64,000 nucleotides of DNA from Longimicrobiales bacterium (GCA_041690395.1 JAWLHJ010000002.1:596751-660750); one strand, 5' to 3'. Positions 29,333-39,319 are shown, counted from the first letter of the stretch. Numbers and translations are program-made. Notes: a model not told the origin generated them from the letters alone.

Positions 29333-30163
29333 ATGAAGAAGCTCCTCTGGCTCCTGGCCCTCGCGGCCCTCTCGCTCCCGGCGCCGGCGTCCGCCACGTG
29401 GTCCATCATCGCGATGGACCGGAACACGGGTCGTGTCGTGATCTCCTCGGCCACGTGCGCCGCGCAGGGTCCGAACCAGCTCAAGCTGCTCCAGGCGATC
29501 GTCATTCCGGGTATCGGCGTGGCGGCCGCCCAGGCGGGCGTCGACCGGACGCAGGCCAACCACCGGCTCATCTTCGACGAGATGAACCGCAGGACCCACC
29601 CGGAGCAGATCATCCGCATGCTCGAGTCGGACCCCTCCGTCGAGAACCGGCAGTTCGGTATCGTGGACATCCTGGGCCGGAGTGCCGGACGGACGGGCGC
29701 CGAGAACCGCGACGTGGCGCTCCACATGTCGGGCGAGACCGACGACGGGATCATCTGGTCCGTGCAGGGCAACATCATCGCCACGACCGAGGCCCTGACG
29801 GAGGCCGCCGAGATCATGCAGAACAGCGACCTCGATATGATCGAGCGGGTCATGGTCGCCATGGAGAAGGCCGACGAGCTGGGCGGCGATGCACGCTGCA
29901 CCTGCCAGACGGAGCCGCTCCCGGGCGCCCAGTGCACCGGCAAGACCTCGCACGTCGCCTACATCGTCGCGGCCGACCCGGAGGACCCGATGGGCACCTT
30001 CCACGTGAACCATCCCGAAGACCTGAGGGCGCCGTACAACAACGGGGACTACTACCTGCAGATCGCGGTCTGGCCGGCCAACACCGAGCCGCACGAGGAC
30101 GCGAACCCCGTGAGAACGCTCCGCATGCGATACGACGCCTGGAAAGCCAGGCAGGGAAGCTGA
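29333..30163 (+). CDS. DUF1028 family (Ntn-hydrolase-like) secreted protein
   Basis: Signal peptide then mature TWSII, GVAAAQA, RQFGIVD, VQGNI, GGDARC. Confidence 0.85.
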   Translation: MKKLLWLLALAALSLPAPASATWSIIAMDRNTGRVVISSATCAAQGPNQLKLLQAIVIPGIGVAAAQAGVDRTQANHRLIFDEMNRRTHPEQIIRMLESDPSVENRQFGIVDILGRSAGRTGAENRDVALHMSGETDDGIIWSVQGNIIATTEALTEAAEIMQNSDLDMIERVMVAMEKADELGGDARCTCQTEPLPGAQCTGKTSHVAYIVAADPEDPMGTFHVNHPEDLRAPYNNGDYYLQIAVWPANTEPHEDANPVRTLRMRYDAWKARQGS

Positions 30164-30164
30164 T

Positions 30165-30407
30165 ATGAGACCCGTCGGAAGATCATTCGGACGCACCCTC
30201 GCGGTCGCCATTCTGGCGGTGGCGCTCCACGCCTGCGGCGGCTCGGAGGGCGACGCGGTCAGCGCGGCGGACACCCTCACGCGCGCCCAGAAGGACAGCA
30301 TCGCGGCCAGCCTGCCGATTCCCGGAGCGGGAGCGGTGGGCGCGGCGATGCGCGCCCGGGACGCGACCCAGGCCCGTGCGGCGGCACACGACAGCATGGG
30401 CGGCTGA
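30165..30407 (+). CDS. Small lipoprotein
   Basis: LHAC lipobox; starts 1 nt after the upstream stop. Confidence 0.75.
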   Translation: MRPVGRSFGRTLAVAILAVALHACGGSEGDAVSAADTLTRAQKDSIAASLPIPGAGAVGAAMRARDATQARAAAHDSMGG

Positions 30408-30411
30408 GACC

Positions 30412-31338
30412 ATGCTTCGGCGGATCGCCTGGACCGCGCTGGTCTTCGTCGTCGGCACGATCGGCGCCGTCTACCCACGTCCTGATGCGTTCGGCCCCCT
30501 CCCCTTCTCCTACGACCTCTACACCTTCCGCGGTGAAGGCGGAATGACTACGGTCGTGGCTTCGTTCGCCGTGCCGGTGCGGGAACTCCACCGCGAGTCC
30601 GTCGACGGCGAGGCCCGCTACCGCTTCGACGTGACCTTCATGCTCACCGATACGGTGCTGCACACGGTGAACCGAAGCGACGATTCGGTCTTCGTCGGCT
30701 CGCCGAGCTCACTCGACGGCGACCATCTGCTCCACACGTGGGTCGAGCTCGACGCCGACCCGTCGCGCAGCACGCATCAGCGCGTGATCATGACCGACGC
30801 CTCGACGCCGGGCGTGGGCCAGATGTACCAGTCCCCGTATCCGATTCCGGACTACGGCGGGACCGAGCTCATGTTGAGCGACGTCGCGCTCGGTCTCCCG
30901 GACCGCGCGCACGGGTGGAAGCGCGGTGGCGCGGCGCTGGCCTTGCTGCCGACCAGTCAGTTCCCGGAGAGCGCGTTCGACCTCTACTACGAGATCTACA
31001 ACCTACCCGCCGATCACGAGTACTCGACCGAGATCTCCGTCGCGTCGCTCGACGGACCCGACGACGGACCGGAGCTCCAGACGCCGGTCGTCCGCACGAT
31101 CTTCTCGGGTCGCTCCGGGGCCGGGCCCGACGGGACGGTCTCGGAGCTCCGGCGCGTGACCTCTGCCCTGGAGGCCGGCGCCTACAGGCTCACCGTCACG
31201 GTTCGTGACGACGAGTCCGGGGCGGTCGCCACCACGGTCCGACGCTTCCAGGTCCGGGGATGGCGGGCAGGAACGACGCTCGTGCCGGCGCTGCCACGGC
31301 GCACTCCGACCCGCGTCGACGGGCGGGTCGTTCCGTAG
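30412..31338 (+). CDS. Hypothetical secreted beta-sandwich protein
   Basis: Signal-like N-terminus; LMLSDVAL, LYYEIYNL, GAYRLTVTVRD, resembling the Ig-like C-terminal regions of GWxTD-domain proteins. Confidence 0.7.
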   Translation: MLRRIAWTALVFVVGTIGAVYPRPDAFGPLPFSYDLYTFRGEGGMTTVVASFAVPVRELHRESVDGEARYRFDVTFMLTDTVLHTVNRSDDSVFVGSPSSLDGDHLLHTWVELDADPSRSTHQRVIMTDASTPGVGQMYQSPYPIPDYGGTELMLSDVALGLPDRAHGWKRGGAALALLPTSQFPESAFDLYYEIYNLPADHEYSTEISVASLDGPDDGPELQTPVVRTIFSGRSGAGPDGTVSELRRVTSALEAGAYRLTVTVRDDESGAVATTVRRFQVRGWRAGTTLVPALPRRTPTRVDGRVVP

Positions 31339-31435
31339 GAGGCTCCTCGCCCCCATGCGAAGAGGCCGGCGCGGGATCGCTCCCGCGCCGGCCTCTCTTA
31401 CCCGCCGGTCGACCGGCAATCGTTACCGCGGACTG

Positions 31436-31795
31436 CTACTCGTTGCCGACCACATTGCCGTGGCAGTCGATCGTGACGTACTGGCCGTCGGGCGTGAAGG
31501 TGTTGGTCGTCGGGCAGTCCTCTTCAGGCGCCGGCTCCGGCGCGGGGGCCGGCTCGGGCTGGAGTACGGGCTCCGGCTGCTCAGGCTGGGGCGCCAGGTC
31601 GGGGAAGCGACGCTGGAGCGCGGCAGGGGGCGTACGTCCCTCCATCGCCTTGCGAAGCCCTTCCGGAGCCTCGGACGGACGATTCTCCTGGGCGGCGGCC
31701 GCACGGTCGGAGCCGCGCTGCTGCGCGTCGACGTGGGCGGGGGCGAGCATCAACGGGGCGGCGACGAGCGCAGCCATCAGGATCTTCTGAAACAC
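31436..31795 (-). CDS. Small secreted Pro/Glu-rich protein
   Basis: Strong AAGGAGGAGG RBS, GTG start, signal peptide ending VDAQ, PEPAP linker, C-terminal Cys-paired hairpin. Confidence 0.75.
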   Translation of the reverse strand: MFQKILMAALVAAPLMLAPAHVDAQQRGSDRAAAAQENRPSEAPEGLRKAMEGRTPPAALQRRFPDLAPQPEQPEPVLQPEPAPAPEPAPEEDCPTTNTFTPDGQYVTIDCHGNVVGNE

Positions 31796-32192
31796 GGTCC
31801 TCCTCCTTGACTTCGGTCATGCCATCGAGCTCTGGCCCGAGGGCAGAGCACGTGCGTTTTCGTACGCCTCGAATCGCAGGATGCGTGCCCCGGCCGAGCT
31901 CCACCGGCTGACAAGAAATGAGACACACATCACTCAAATCATTGTGAAGCAAGGATATACGACACAGTGCCCCGCTTCGGAGGGGACCACCCCGTCCGGA
32001 TCGGCGCTGCTTTCGGCCGGCCCGAGCGGCGCGCGCTCCCGTGAATTGAACGGCGGCGTTGCGATCTGCCATGAAGCCGGGAGCCCGACGACCCGCGCAA
32101 CCGGCAACACGCTTCCGGCACCGGCAAACAATGCGCGATTTCAGGGCCTTGACGAAGCGCCGTGGAGAACCCGGGCTTCGTACTCTTATCGG

Positions 32193-33392
32193 TCAGCGGC
32201 CCGGCGTGACCCCGGACGGCACAGCACAGTTCGAGACGGCCGCGATCTCGGCCTCGGTGCCGGGGAAGTACTTCCGCCGCCACCAGAGCGCGACGTTCAC
32301 GAGCCCGATGAGCACGGGCACCTCCACGAGCGGGCCGATCACGGCCGCGAACGCCGCCCCGTGCGCGATCCCGAACGTGCCCACGGCCACCGCGATGGCG
32401 AGCTCGAAGTTGTTCGACGCGGCCGTGAAGGACAGCGTGGCCGTCTTCGGGTAGTCGGCGCCCGCCCAGCGGCTCATGAAGAACGTGATCGCGAACATCG
32501 CCAGGAAGTAGATCAGGAGCGGGACGGCGACACGGACCACGTCCAGCGGTCGGGCGACGATCGCCTCGCCCTGGATGGAGAACATGACGACGATCGTGAA
32601 CAGGAGCGCCACGAGCGTCAGCGGGCTGATCCTCGGAATGAAGCGCTCGTGGTACCAGGCCTTCCCTTTCGCCTTCACGAGGACGAACCGCGTGAGCATC
32701 CCGGCCAGGAACGGGATCCCGAGGTAGATGAACACGCTCTCGGCGATCTGGCCCATGGTGATGGCGACCACCGTCCCCTCGAGCCCCAGCCACCCCGGCA
32801 CGACCGTGATGAAGAGCCAGGCGTACACGGAGTAGAAGAACACCTGGAAGATCGAGTTGAAGGCCACGAGCCCCGCAGCGTACTCGTTGTCCCCGTCCGC
32901 GAGCTCGTTCCAGACGATGACCATCGCGATGCAGCGGGCGAGTCCGATCAGGATGAGTCCCACCATGAGCTCGGGATGGTCCCGCAGGAACGCGACCGCG
33001 AGACCGAACATGAGCAGCGGCCCGATGATCCAGTTCTGGACGAGCGACAGGCCCAGGATCTTCCAGTCGCGGAAGACGTCGCCCAACTCCTCGTACCGCA
33101 CCTTGGCGAGCGGCGGGTACATCATGAGGATGAGCCCGATGGCGATGGGGATCGACGTGGTCCCGACGTGCGTCGCCTCGTTCAGCGCCGTGATCGGCTC
33201 GGGCCACACGAAGCCGAGCGCGACACCGAACACCATGGCAGCGCCGATCCAGAGCGTCAGGTAGCGGTCGAGGAGGGACATCCGGCGGGCCACACCCTGG
33301 CTCCCCGCCGCGCGCTGGCTCCCGCCTACGCCCCGGCCCTCCGCCACACTCCGGTCTTCCGCCGCGCCTCGCTCCCTGTTCCGACTCATCAT
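32193..33392 (-). CDS. acr3: Arsenite efflux transporter, Acr3 family
   Basis: [33 protein letters not shown] (conserved Cys), [18 protein letters not shown]. Confidence 0.96.
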   Translation of the reverse strand: MMSRNRERGAAEDRSVAEGRGVGGSQRAAGSQGVARRMSLLDRYLTLWIGAAMVFGVALGFVWPEPITALNEATHVGTTSIPIAIGLILMMYPPLAKVRYEELGDVFRDWKILGLSLVQNWIIGPLLMFGLAVAFLRDHPELMVGLILIGLARCIAMVIVWNELADGDNEYAAGLVAFNSIFQVFFYSVYAWLFITVVPGWLGLEGTVVAITMGQIAESVFIYLGIPFLAGMLTRFVLVKAKGKAWYHERFIPRISPLTLVALLFTIVVMFSIQGEAIVARPLDVVRVAVPLLIYFLAMFAITFFMSRWAGADYPKTATLSFTAASNNFELAIAVAVGTFGIAHGAAFAAVIGPLVEVPVLIGLVNVALWWRRKYFPGTEAEIAAVSNCAVPSGVTPGR

Positions 33393-35164
33393 GTCCTCGC
33401 CGCGTCCGGTTCTCGCATCATGCGCTCCAGACCCTCACGCCCGACGGGCTCTCGTTCCAGGCGTGGCACCAGGTAGACGCGGTCCGACAGCTGCACTACG
33501 ACCTTTTCGATCTGTTCCACTTCCGCCTCGGCCCGGCGGACCAACAGCGGATCGGTGGGGTGAGCCGCCGCCAGGCTGTTGTTGACGACCCACGCGTAGG
33601 GCTCGATCCCGGCGCGGCGCAGGTCCTCGGCGAGGGCGGACGCTTCGAGCACCGGGGTGGTCTCCGGAAGCGTCACGATGATGATCCGCGTGTAGTCCGG
33701 GTCCCGGAGCCGCATGAGCGGAGTGGTCACCGCCCCGCCCAGGCCTTCGGTGTTGCGGAGGACTTCGCGGTGGTACGAGCCCGCCGAGTCGAGGAGCAGG
33801 AGCGTGTGGCCCGTCGGCGCCGTGTCCATGATGACCAACTCCCGGCGCGCGCCCGCCACGATCCGCGAGAAGGCGTGGAAGACCGCCACTTCCTCGGTGC
33901 AGGGCGACCGGAGATCCTCCTCCAGGAGCGCCCGACCTTCCTCGTCCAGCTTACGTCCGGAGCGCTCGAGGATCTTCTTCCGATAGGCCGCTACCTCGGC
34001 CTCTGGATCGATGCGGCTGATCCGCAGACGCCCCGCGTCCTCGCCGACGACGTCCGCGACGTGCGCGGCCGGATCCGTGGTGGTGAGGTGCACGTCGGAC
34101 CCGCGGGCGGCGATCTCCATGGCGAGGGCGGCGGCGACCGAGGTCTTCCCGACGCCTCCCTTCCCCATGACCATGACCAGGCCATGCGCCTGGCCCGCCA
34201 GCTCGTCCGCCAACCGTTCCAGGCGCTGCACATCGTCCGGGATCTCCACGGCCCCGGCCCCGGATGCCCCGACGGAATCCGGCTCGTCGGACAGGAGGGC
34301 CCGCGCCGCCTCCAGTCCCACGATATTCCGGCTCTTCAGCGGAACGAGTGTCCTCGGGAGATCGCGGAGGGGCTCCGGAAGCGTGGACAGGATCTCGCGC
34401 GCGCCGCCCTCGAGGGCGACCGCCAGGGCGTCCCTGTGGTCCGTGGCCTCGAACACGCCGTTCACCAGCAGATGCTGATTCCCGAGACCGACCCCGCGGA
34501 GCTCTCCGCTGGACCGCGCCGCTTCCGCCACCGCTCCCCGCTCCGGCCGCGTGACGAGTAGCAGCAGCGTACACGCCGGATCGGACAGGGCGCGCACCGT
34601 GGCCGCATACCGCTCGTGCTGCATCTTGAGCCCCGACGAGGGTCCGAGGCACGACGCGCCGCGCTCGTTCGCATCCAGGAAGTCGTTCCAGGCGGCCGGA
34701 AGGCGCAGCAGGCGAATGGTGTGGCCGGTGGGCGCGGTATCGAAGACGACGTGATCGTATTCCGCGGCCGGCCCGTCGTCGCCGAGAAGCATGGTGAACT
34801 CGTCGAACGCGGCGACTTCCACGGTGCAGGCGCCCGACAGCTGCTCTTCGATGCCGTCGACCGCGTCGTCGGGGAGCACGCCTCGGTACGGCTCGAGCAC
34901 GCGCTCCCGGTAGGCCTCCGCCGCGGCCTCGGGATCGATGTTCAGCGCCGCCAATCGCTCCACCCCCGGTACGGGGGTCGGCGTGCGGCCGAGGGTCACC
35001 CCGAGGACCGCGTCCAGATTCGAGGCGGGGTCGGTGCTCACCAACAGCACGCGGCTACCGCCATCGGCCAGCGTTACCGCGGCCGCGGTGGCCAGCGACG
35101 TCTTGCCGACGCCGCCCTTGCCGGTGAAGAAGAGGTGGCGAGGCGCTTCGCTCAGCCAGCTCAC
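33389..35164 (-). CDS. arsA: Arsenical pump-driving ATPase
   Basis: Two GKGGVGKT P-loops, two DTAPTGHT motifs, metalloid-site Cys in SGACT, ASCLG and SPCTEE. Confidence 0.96.
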   Translation of the reverse strand: MSWLSEAPRHLFFTGKGGVGKTSLATAAAVTLADGGSRVLLVSTDPASNLDAVLGVTLGRTPTPVPGVERLAALNIDPEAAAEAYRERVLEPYRGVLPDDAVDGIEEQLSGACTVEVAAFDEFTMLLGDDGPAAEYDHVVFDTAPTGHTIRLLRLPAAWNDFLDANERGASCLGPSSGLKMQHERYAATVRALSDPACTLLLLVTRPERGAVAEAARSSGELRGVGLGNQHLLVNGVFEATDHRDALAVALEGGAREILSTLPEPLRDLPRTLVPLKSRNIVGLEAARALLSDEPDSVGASGAGAVEIPDDVQRLERLADELAGQAHGLVMVMGKGGVGKTSVAAALAMEIAARGSDVHLTTTDPAAHVADVVGEDAGRLRISRIDPEAEVAAYRKKILERSGRKLDEEGRALLEEDLRSPCTEEVAVFHAFSRIVAGARRELVIMDTAPTGHTLLLLDSAGSYHREVLRNTEGLGGAVTTPLMRLRDPDYTRIIIVTLPETTPVLEASALAEDLRRAGIEPYAWVVNNSLAAAHPTDPLLVRRAEAEVEQIEKVVVQLSDRVYLVPRLEREPVGREGLERMMREPDAART

Positions 35165-35934
35165 TTCGACGCCTCCTTCGCGCTCACCGGCGTACCGCCC
35201 GTCTCGAGGTACTCCGCGAAGTCGTCCGGGAGGTCGCTGCCACGGATGGCGGCGGCGGCCCGGGCGACGTCGTACTCGACACGAGGGAAGCCGACGTCCA
35301 CCTCGTCCCCGCTCATGTCGACGACGGCATAGCCCGCCCGCCAGTCCCCGTCCTTCGGACGCCCGACGGACCCGGTGTTCACGAAGTGGATTCCACCCAC
35401 GTCGCGGTGCCAGGGCTTGTGCGTATGCCCGAACGCGATCACGTCACCCGCCCTGGCGCCCATCTGCGCGGCCATCCTGGAGCAGAAGTCATCGGACCGG
35501 TCCTCCGTCCAGTAGACGGTGTTCAGCACGGGATTGCCGTGCACGAGCATGAGCCGGGGACCGGACGCGTGCCCACCCCGCGGCCGGATGTCGATGCGGA
35601 ACGGGAGGGCGCCGAGCCACCGCTTCGTCTCCCGGGAGACGTTCGCGCGCGTCCACTCGTAGCTAAGGTGGCTGAGGGCCTCCTGCCGCGGGTCCTCGTA
35701 CTTGCACCCGCAGTGCCTGTAGTCCGTCGCCGTCGTGGAGTCGTAGTTCCCGGCCACCCCGGGGATCGCTCGCTCGCGAAGGACGGCGACTACCTCGTTC
35801 GGCCACGGCGCGTACCCGACGAGGTCTCCGAGATGATAGACGGCGTCGAGGTCCGACCGGTCGTCGATGACGGAGAGCACGGCCTCGAGCGCCGGCAGGT
35901 TTCCGTGGATGTCGCTGATGAGGGCGTAGCGCAT
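35161..35934 (-). CDS. Calcineurin-like metallophosphoesterase within the ars operon
   Basis: SDIHGN, LGDLVGY, GNYD, VHG, FGHTH, NTGSVGRPKDGD; extra HCGC motif. Confidence 0.92.
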   Translation of the reverse strand: MRYALISDIHGNLPALEAVLSVIDDRSDLDAVYHLGDLVGYAPWPNEVVAVLRERAIPGVAGNYDSTTATDYRHCGCKYEDPRQEALSHLSYEWTRANVSRETKRWLGALPFRIDIRPRGGHASGPRLMLVHGNPVLNTVYWTEDRSDDFCSRMAAQMGARAGDVIAFGHTHKPWHRDVGGIHFVNTGSVGRPKDGDWRAGYAVVDMSGDEVDVGFPRVEYDVARAAAAIRGSDLPDDFAEYLETGGTPVSAKEASK

Positions 35935-36269
35935 CAGTCGCAGCAGACCCCGTCGCGGCGCGCGTGCGGCTCCCAGGCCCCACTCGACTCCACATCGGCC
36001 AGGACCATCCGCATCTCCTCGAGCGCCTCGGGCACGAGCCGGTAGTAGACCCAGCGTCCCTCGCGGCGGTCCGCGACCACGCCGGCATCCTTCAGCTTGC
36101 GGAGGTGGAACGAGAGGCGGGACTGCGCGGCGCCGAGCTCGTCCTGCAGCTCACACACGCACATCTCACCCGGGGATAGCAGGCGGACGATACGGAGCCG
36201 GGTCTCCTCGGCGACCGCCTGGAAGCGTTGGAGGGCGACCGCGTCGGGTAGGGGCGTTTCAGTAGCCAT
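35934..36269 (-). CDS. arsR: ArsR family As(III)-responsive repressor
   Basis: EMCVCEL, QSRLSFHL, REGRWVYY, C-terminal VCCD. Confidence 0.95.
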   Translation of the reverse strand: MATETPLPDAVALQRFQAVAEETRLRIVRLLSPGEMCVCELQDELGAAQSRLSFHLRKLKDAGVVADRREGRWVYYRLVPEALEEMRMVLADVESSGAWEPHARRDGVCCD

Positions 36270-36274
36270 GCCGG

Positions 36275-36304
36275 ACGATACATCAACGAGTGTTGATACG
36301 TCAA
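36275..36304 (-). promoter_or_regulatory. ars promoter with ArsR operator
   Basis: TTGACG-N18-TATCGT; the spacer holds the inverted repeat ATCAAC-N4-GTTGAT (36282-36297). Confidence 0.7.
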
Positions 36305-36368
36305 TCGGCGACCTCCGCCGGGCGGGCGGGCTTCCTGCGCGGCGAGGTCCCGGACATCTTCCACGTCC

Positions 36369-37385
36369 ATGACTCGCCTATCCGTTCTCGACGTGCTTCC
36401 CGTTCCCTCCGGCTTCGAGGCCGGCGCGGTCCTGGCGCGCGCGCCGGAGCTGGCCCGCCTGGCGGACCGGCTCGGCTACCACAGGATCTGGTACGCCGAG
36501 CACCACGGCATGGGCGGGATCGCGGCGACCTCGCCCGAGCTCATGATCGCCCACATCGCGCCACTCACGGAGCGGGTGCGCATCGGGGCCGGCGGCGTCA
36601 TGCTGCCGAACCACGTGCCCCTCCAGGTGGTGGAGCGGTTCCGTACCCTCGAGTCGCTGCACCCCGGCCGCATCGACCTCGGGATCGGGCGCGCGCCCGG
36701 AACCGACCCCCTCACGGCTCGTGCGCTGCGCTCCGCGTCGGGGGCCCAGGTCGGCAATCTCATGGCCGAGCTCCTCGCGTTCGCGCACGGCGATTTCCCC
36801 GGGGACCACCCGTTCGGTCGGATCCACGTCACGCCCGGCGACGTGCGGCTTCCACCGGTCTGGATGCTCGGGTCGAGCGGCGGAAGCGCGCGGCTCGCCG
36901 GGGAGATCGGGGCCGGATACGCCTTCGCGGCCCACTTCAGCCAGGTGCCGGCGGGTCCCGCGGTCGAGGCCTACCGGAGCTCGTTCAGGCCTTCGGCCGA
37001 CTTCCCCGAGCCGCGCGTGATGCTCGCGCTCTCCGTCGTGTGCGCGGCGACCCGCGAGGAGGCCCGTGCGCTCTCGTCGTCCATCGAAGTCCAGTTCGAG
37101 CGGATGGGACGCGGCGAGGCCGGCCCCCTGCCGAGCCCCGACGAGGCGCGCGCCTCCGGATGGCGGGCCGACGCCCCCATGCGGGGGCCCATGGCCGAGC
37201 TTCTCGTGCACGGCACGCCGGACGATGTCCGGGCCGGTATCGAACGGCGGGCGGCCGAGGTCGAAGCGGACGAGGTCATGATCATGACGATCGTGCACGA
37301 CCCGGAGGCGCGGCTGCGGTCGTACGAGCTCGTCGCCGGGGCGTTCGCCGACACGACCGGCTCGGCCCGCGCTACCGGATCGTGA
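36369..37385 (+). CDS. LLM-class flavin-dependent oxidoreductase (YhbW-like)
   Basis: LSVLD, WYAEHH, GAGGVMLPNH, RIDLGIGRAPG, WMLGSS, FAAHF. Confidence 0.92.
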   Translation: MTRLSVLDVLPVPSGFEAGAVLARAPELARLADRLGYHRIWYAEHHGMGGIAATSPELMIAHIAPLTERVRIGAGGVMLPNHVPLQVVERFRTLESLHPGRIDLGIGRAPGTDPLTARALRSASGAQVGNLMAELLAFAHGDFPGDHPFGRIHVTPGDVRLPPVWMLGSSGGSARLAGEIGAGYAFAAHFSQVPAGPAVEAYRSSFRPSADFPEPRVMLALSVVCAATREEARALSSSIEVQFERMGRGEAGPLPSPDEARASGWRADAPMRGPMAELLVHGTPDDVRAGIERRAAEVEADEVMIMTIVHDPEARLRSYELVAGAFADTTGSARATGS

Positions 37386-38040
37386 TCACGCTCGAGGGGG
37401 TGCTGATCTCTGCCTCCAGGCGCGGCTCGGGCGCCTGCTCGAACACGATCGGAAGGCCGAGCGCGTCCGCGACCGCCCGGGCTTCGTCGGCGCGAGGGTG
37501 GTAGCCGCGTAGCGCGACCAGGCTGCATCCGGCCTCGAGTGATTCCGAGGGGTGCGGGCTCTCCCCCCAGTCCATGAGGAACGGCAGGACGCCATCCATC
37601 CGGTCCGCCCGCGGGTCGGTGACGTGCCAGTCCAGCCGCACGCCGTCGGGGCGGACCCGGCCACCCCGCGAGACGGGCCCGAGCTCCACGCCGAGGGTGC
37701 GGGCACGCTCGGCCGCCGCGCCCAGGTCGGGGGTGCGGGCCGACCAGGTCGCGAGCCTGGGCCCGGCCATGACGTCGATACCGAACCATCGCGGCAGATC
37801 GGGCTCGGACTGCTCGGGATCCGGCCCGATGATCTCGATGTAGGCGCCAGGGTCGAGCCGCACGAGCGCGTTGCGCGTGCCGACGCCGGGGTGGCTCCCC
37901 CCGACGACGGCCCTCACGCCGAGGAGCGCCTCGACGTAGTCGACCGCCTCGGCGAGGTCGGGTCCGGCGACGATGAGGTGGTCCAGGTGGGTGCCGGCGT
38001 GGCTCATGGGTTGGTGCCCGTTCGTGGTCGGTGCGGTCAT
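37372..38040 (-). CDS. VOC / Glyoxalase_3 family protein
   Basis: LDHLIV, GGSHPGVGTRNAL, YIEIIGPDP, LPFLMDW, HPS. Confidence 0.9.
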   Translation of the reverse strand: MTAPTTNGHQPMSHAGTHLDHLIVAGPDLAEAVDYVEALLGVRAVVGGSHPGVGTRNALVRLDPGAYIEIIGPDPEQSEPDLPRWFGIDVMAGPRLATWSARTPDLGAAAERARTLGVELGPVSRGGRVRPDGVRLDWHVTDPRADRMDGVLPFLMDWGESPHPSESLEAGCSLVALRGYHPRADEARAVADALGLPIVFEQAPEPRLEAEISTPSSVITIR

Positions 38041-38103
38041 AGGTCCCCGCTTCATTCTAATGAACGTGCGCGCACACGCACGGCGAAACGCGCCGTCTTC
38101 TCC

Positions 38104-38856
38104 ATGCGCTGGGACGTTGCGGGAGGGCTCGCGACCCTCCACTTCACGAACGCGCTGGTCGACGCCGACGGCACGGAGTCACCCGTCATGTCGGCGGCCG
38201 CCGTGTACCGGATCGATGGCGCCGCGGACGGCGTCTGGCTGGATTCACGCGGTGAGCGTATCGAGCTGACCTGGACCGTCGCCGACGGGGCCCTGGTCGT
38301 CGATTGGCGGGCCAGCGCGGAGTCCGGCCGCACGACCTATCGTCCTGTCGACCGGAACCGCGTCGAGGTCGTGGACGAGGTCGCGGCCGCCGACGGCTGG
38401 CGCGTCTTCGGAACATCCTCGTACGCTCGCATCGGTGCGGCGCCGGGGATGCCCGCCACCCCGGCCGGCCCGCTCGACGCCGTGGCCTTCTTGGCCGGCA
38501 CCTGGTGCTCCAGCCCCCCACCCGCGGGCACGATGATCGAGGAGCACTACACGACGCCGAGCGCCAACCTCGTCCTCGGCACGACCCGGTATCTCAGGGA
38601 GGGCGCCACGGTCGGGCACGAGATCACGCGAATCGAGGCCGACTCGACGGGCATCGTCCTCACCCCCACCCCCTCCGGTCAAGCGGCCGTCCCGTTCCGC
38701 CTGACCGAGTCCGCGCACGGGCGAGCCGCGTTCGAGAATCCGGAGCACGACTTCCCGGCCCGGATCGAGTACGAGCGGGTCGGCGACGAGCTCGTGGCCC
38801 GCGCGCTCGGTGCCGATGGCGCAGGACCCGAGTGGCGCATGTCGCCGTGCGCCTAG
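38104..38856 (+). CDS. Two-domain beta-barrel protein with a DUF6265-like C-terminal domain; N-terminus possibly truncated
   Basis: FLAGTW, IEEHY, FENPEHDFPARIEY in the second domain; first domain begins abruptly with no signal peptide. Confidence 0.65.
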   Translation: MRWDVAGGLATLHFTNALVDADGTESPVMSAAAVYRIDGAADGVWLDSRGERIELTWTVADGALVVDWRASAESGRTTYRPVDRNRVEVVDEVAAADGWRVFGTSSYARIGAAPGMPATPAGPLDAVAFLAGTWCSSPPPAGTMIEEHYTTPSANLVLGTTRYLREGATVGHEITRIEADSTGIVLTPTPSGQAAVPFRLTESAHGRAAFENPEHDFPARIEYERVGDELVARALGADGAGPEWRMSPCA

Positions 38857-38866
38857 CAGGCCGGGT

Positions 38867-39319
38867 TCACACGCCGAACTGGGTCAGGTGATGGTCGAGG
38901 TGCTTGTAGAAGAGGTTGTTCCACTCGGTCCGCGTGAGGGGGCCGAACGAGAGCGACTCCTTCCCGTCGAAGTGCGCACCACCGAGCTCCGCGGTGCGCT
39001 CGAGGTACGCGATCAGGCGATCGCGCTCCCGCTCGAAGTCCCGTTCGTCGGTGATCCTGAACGCGGGAGCGGTCGGGGTGTTCTTCCGGTAGGGCTTCTC
39101 GCCGACCACGCCTCGCTTCACGAACGTGCGGAGCAGGAAGCGCGCGACCGGCCCCGGGCGCGGGTGCTTGTCCTCGTACACCATCTCATACGGGACACAG
39201 CAGTGGGCGAGCATCTGGCCGACGCTCATCTTGCCCCATTCGGGCTGGGTGGTGGGCTCGAGCGAGCGCAGGCGTCCGACGAGCTCTTGCGTCACCGCCG
39301 GATCGAAGACGTCCTTCAT
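38867..39319 (-). CDS. DUF1569 (DinB-like) protein
   Basis: GGAGG RBS; WGKMSVGQMLAHC, FGPLT, KHLDHHLTQFGV. Confidence 0.9.
   Translation of the reverse strand: MKDVFDPAVTQELVGRLRSLEPTTQPEWGKMSVGQMLAHCCVPYEMVYEDKHPRPGPVARFLLRTFVKRGVVGEKPYRKNTPTAPAFRITDERDFERERDRLIAYLERTAELGGAHFDGKESLSFGPLTRTEWNNLFYKHLDHHLTQFGV

Noticed and set aside
28405..29943. 956-aa helicase with a large N-terminal domain
   Set aside because: The extension is antisense to the YaiI and DUF1028 genes; helicase motifs start after 28404
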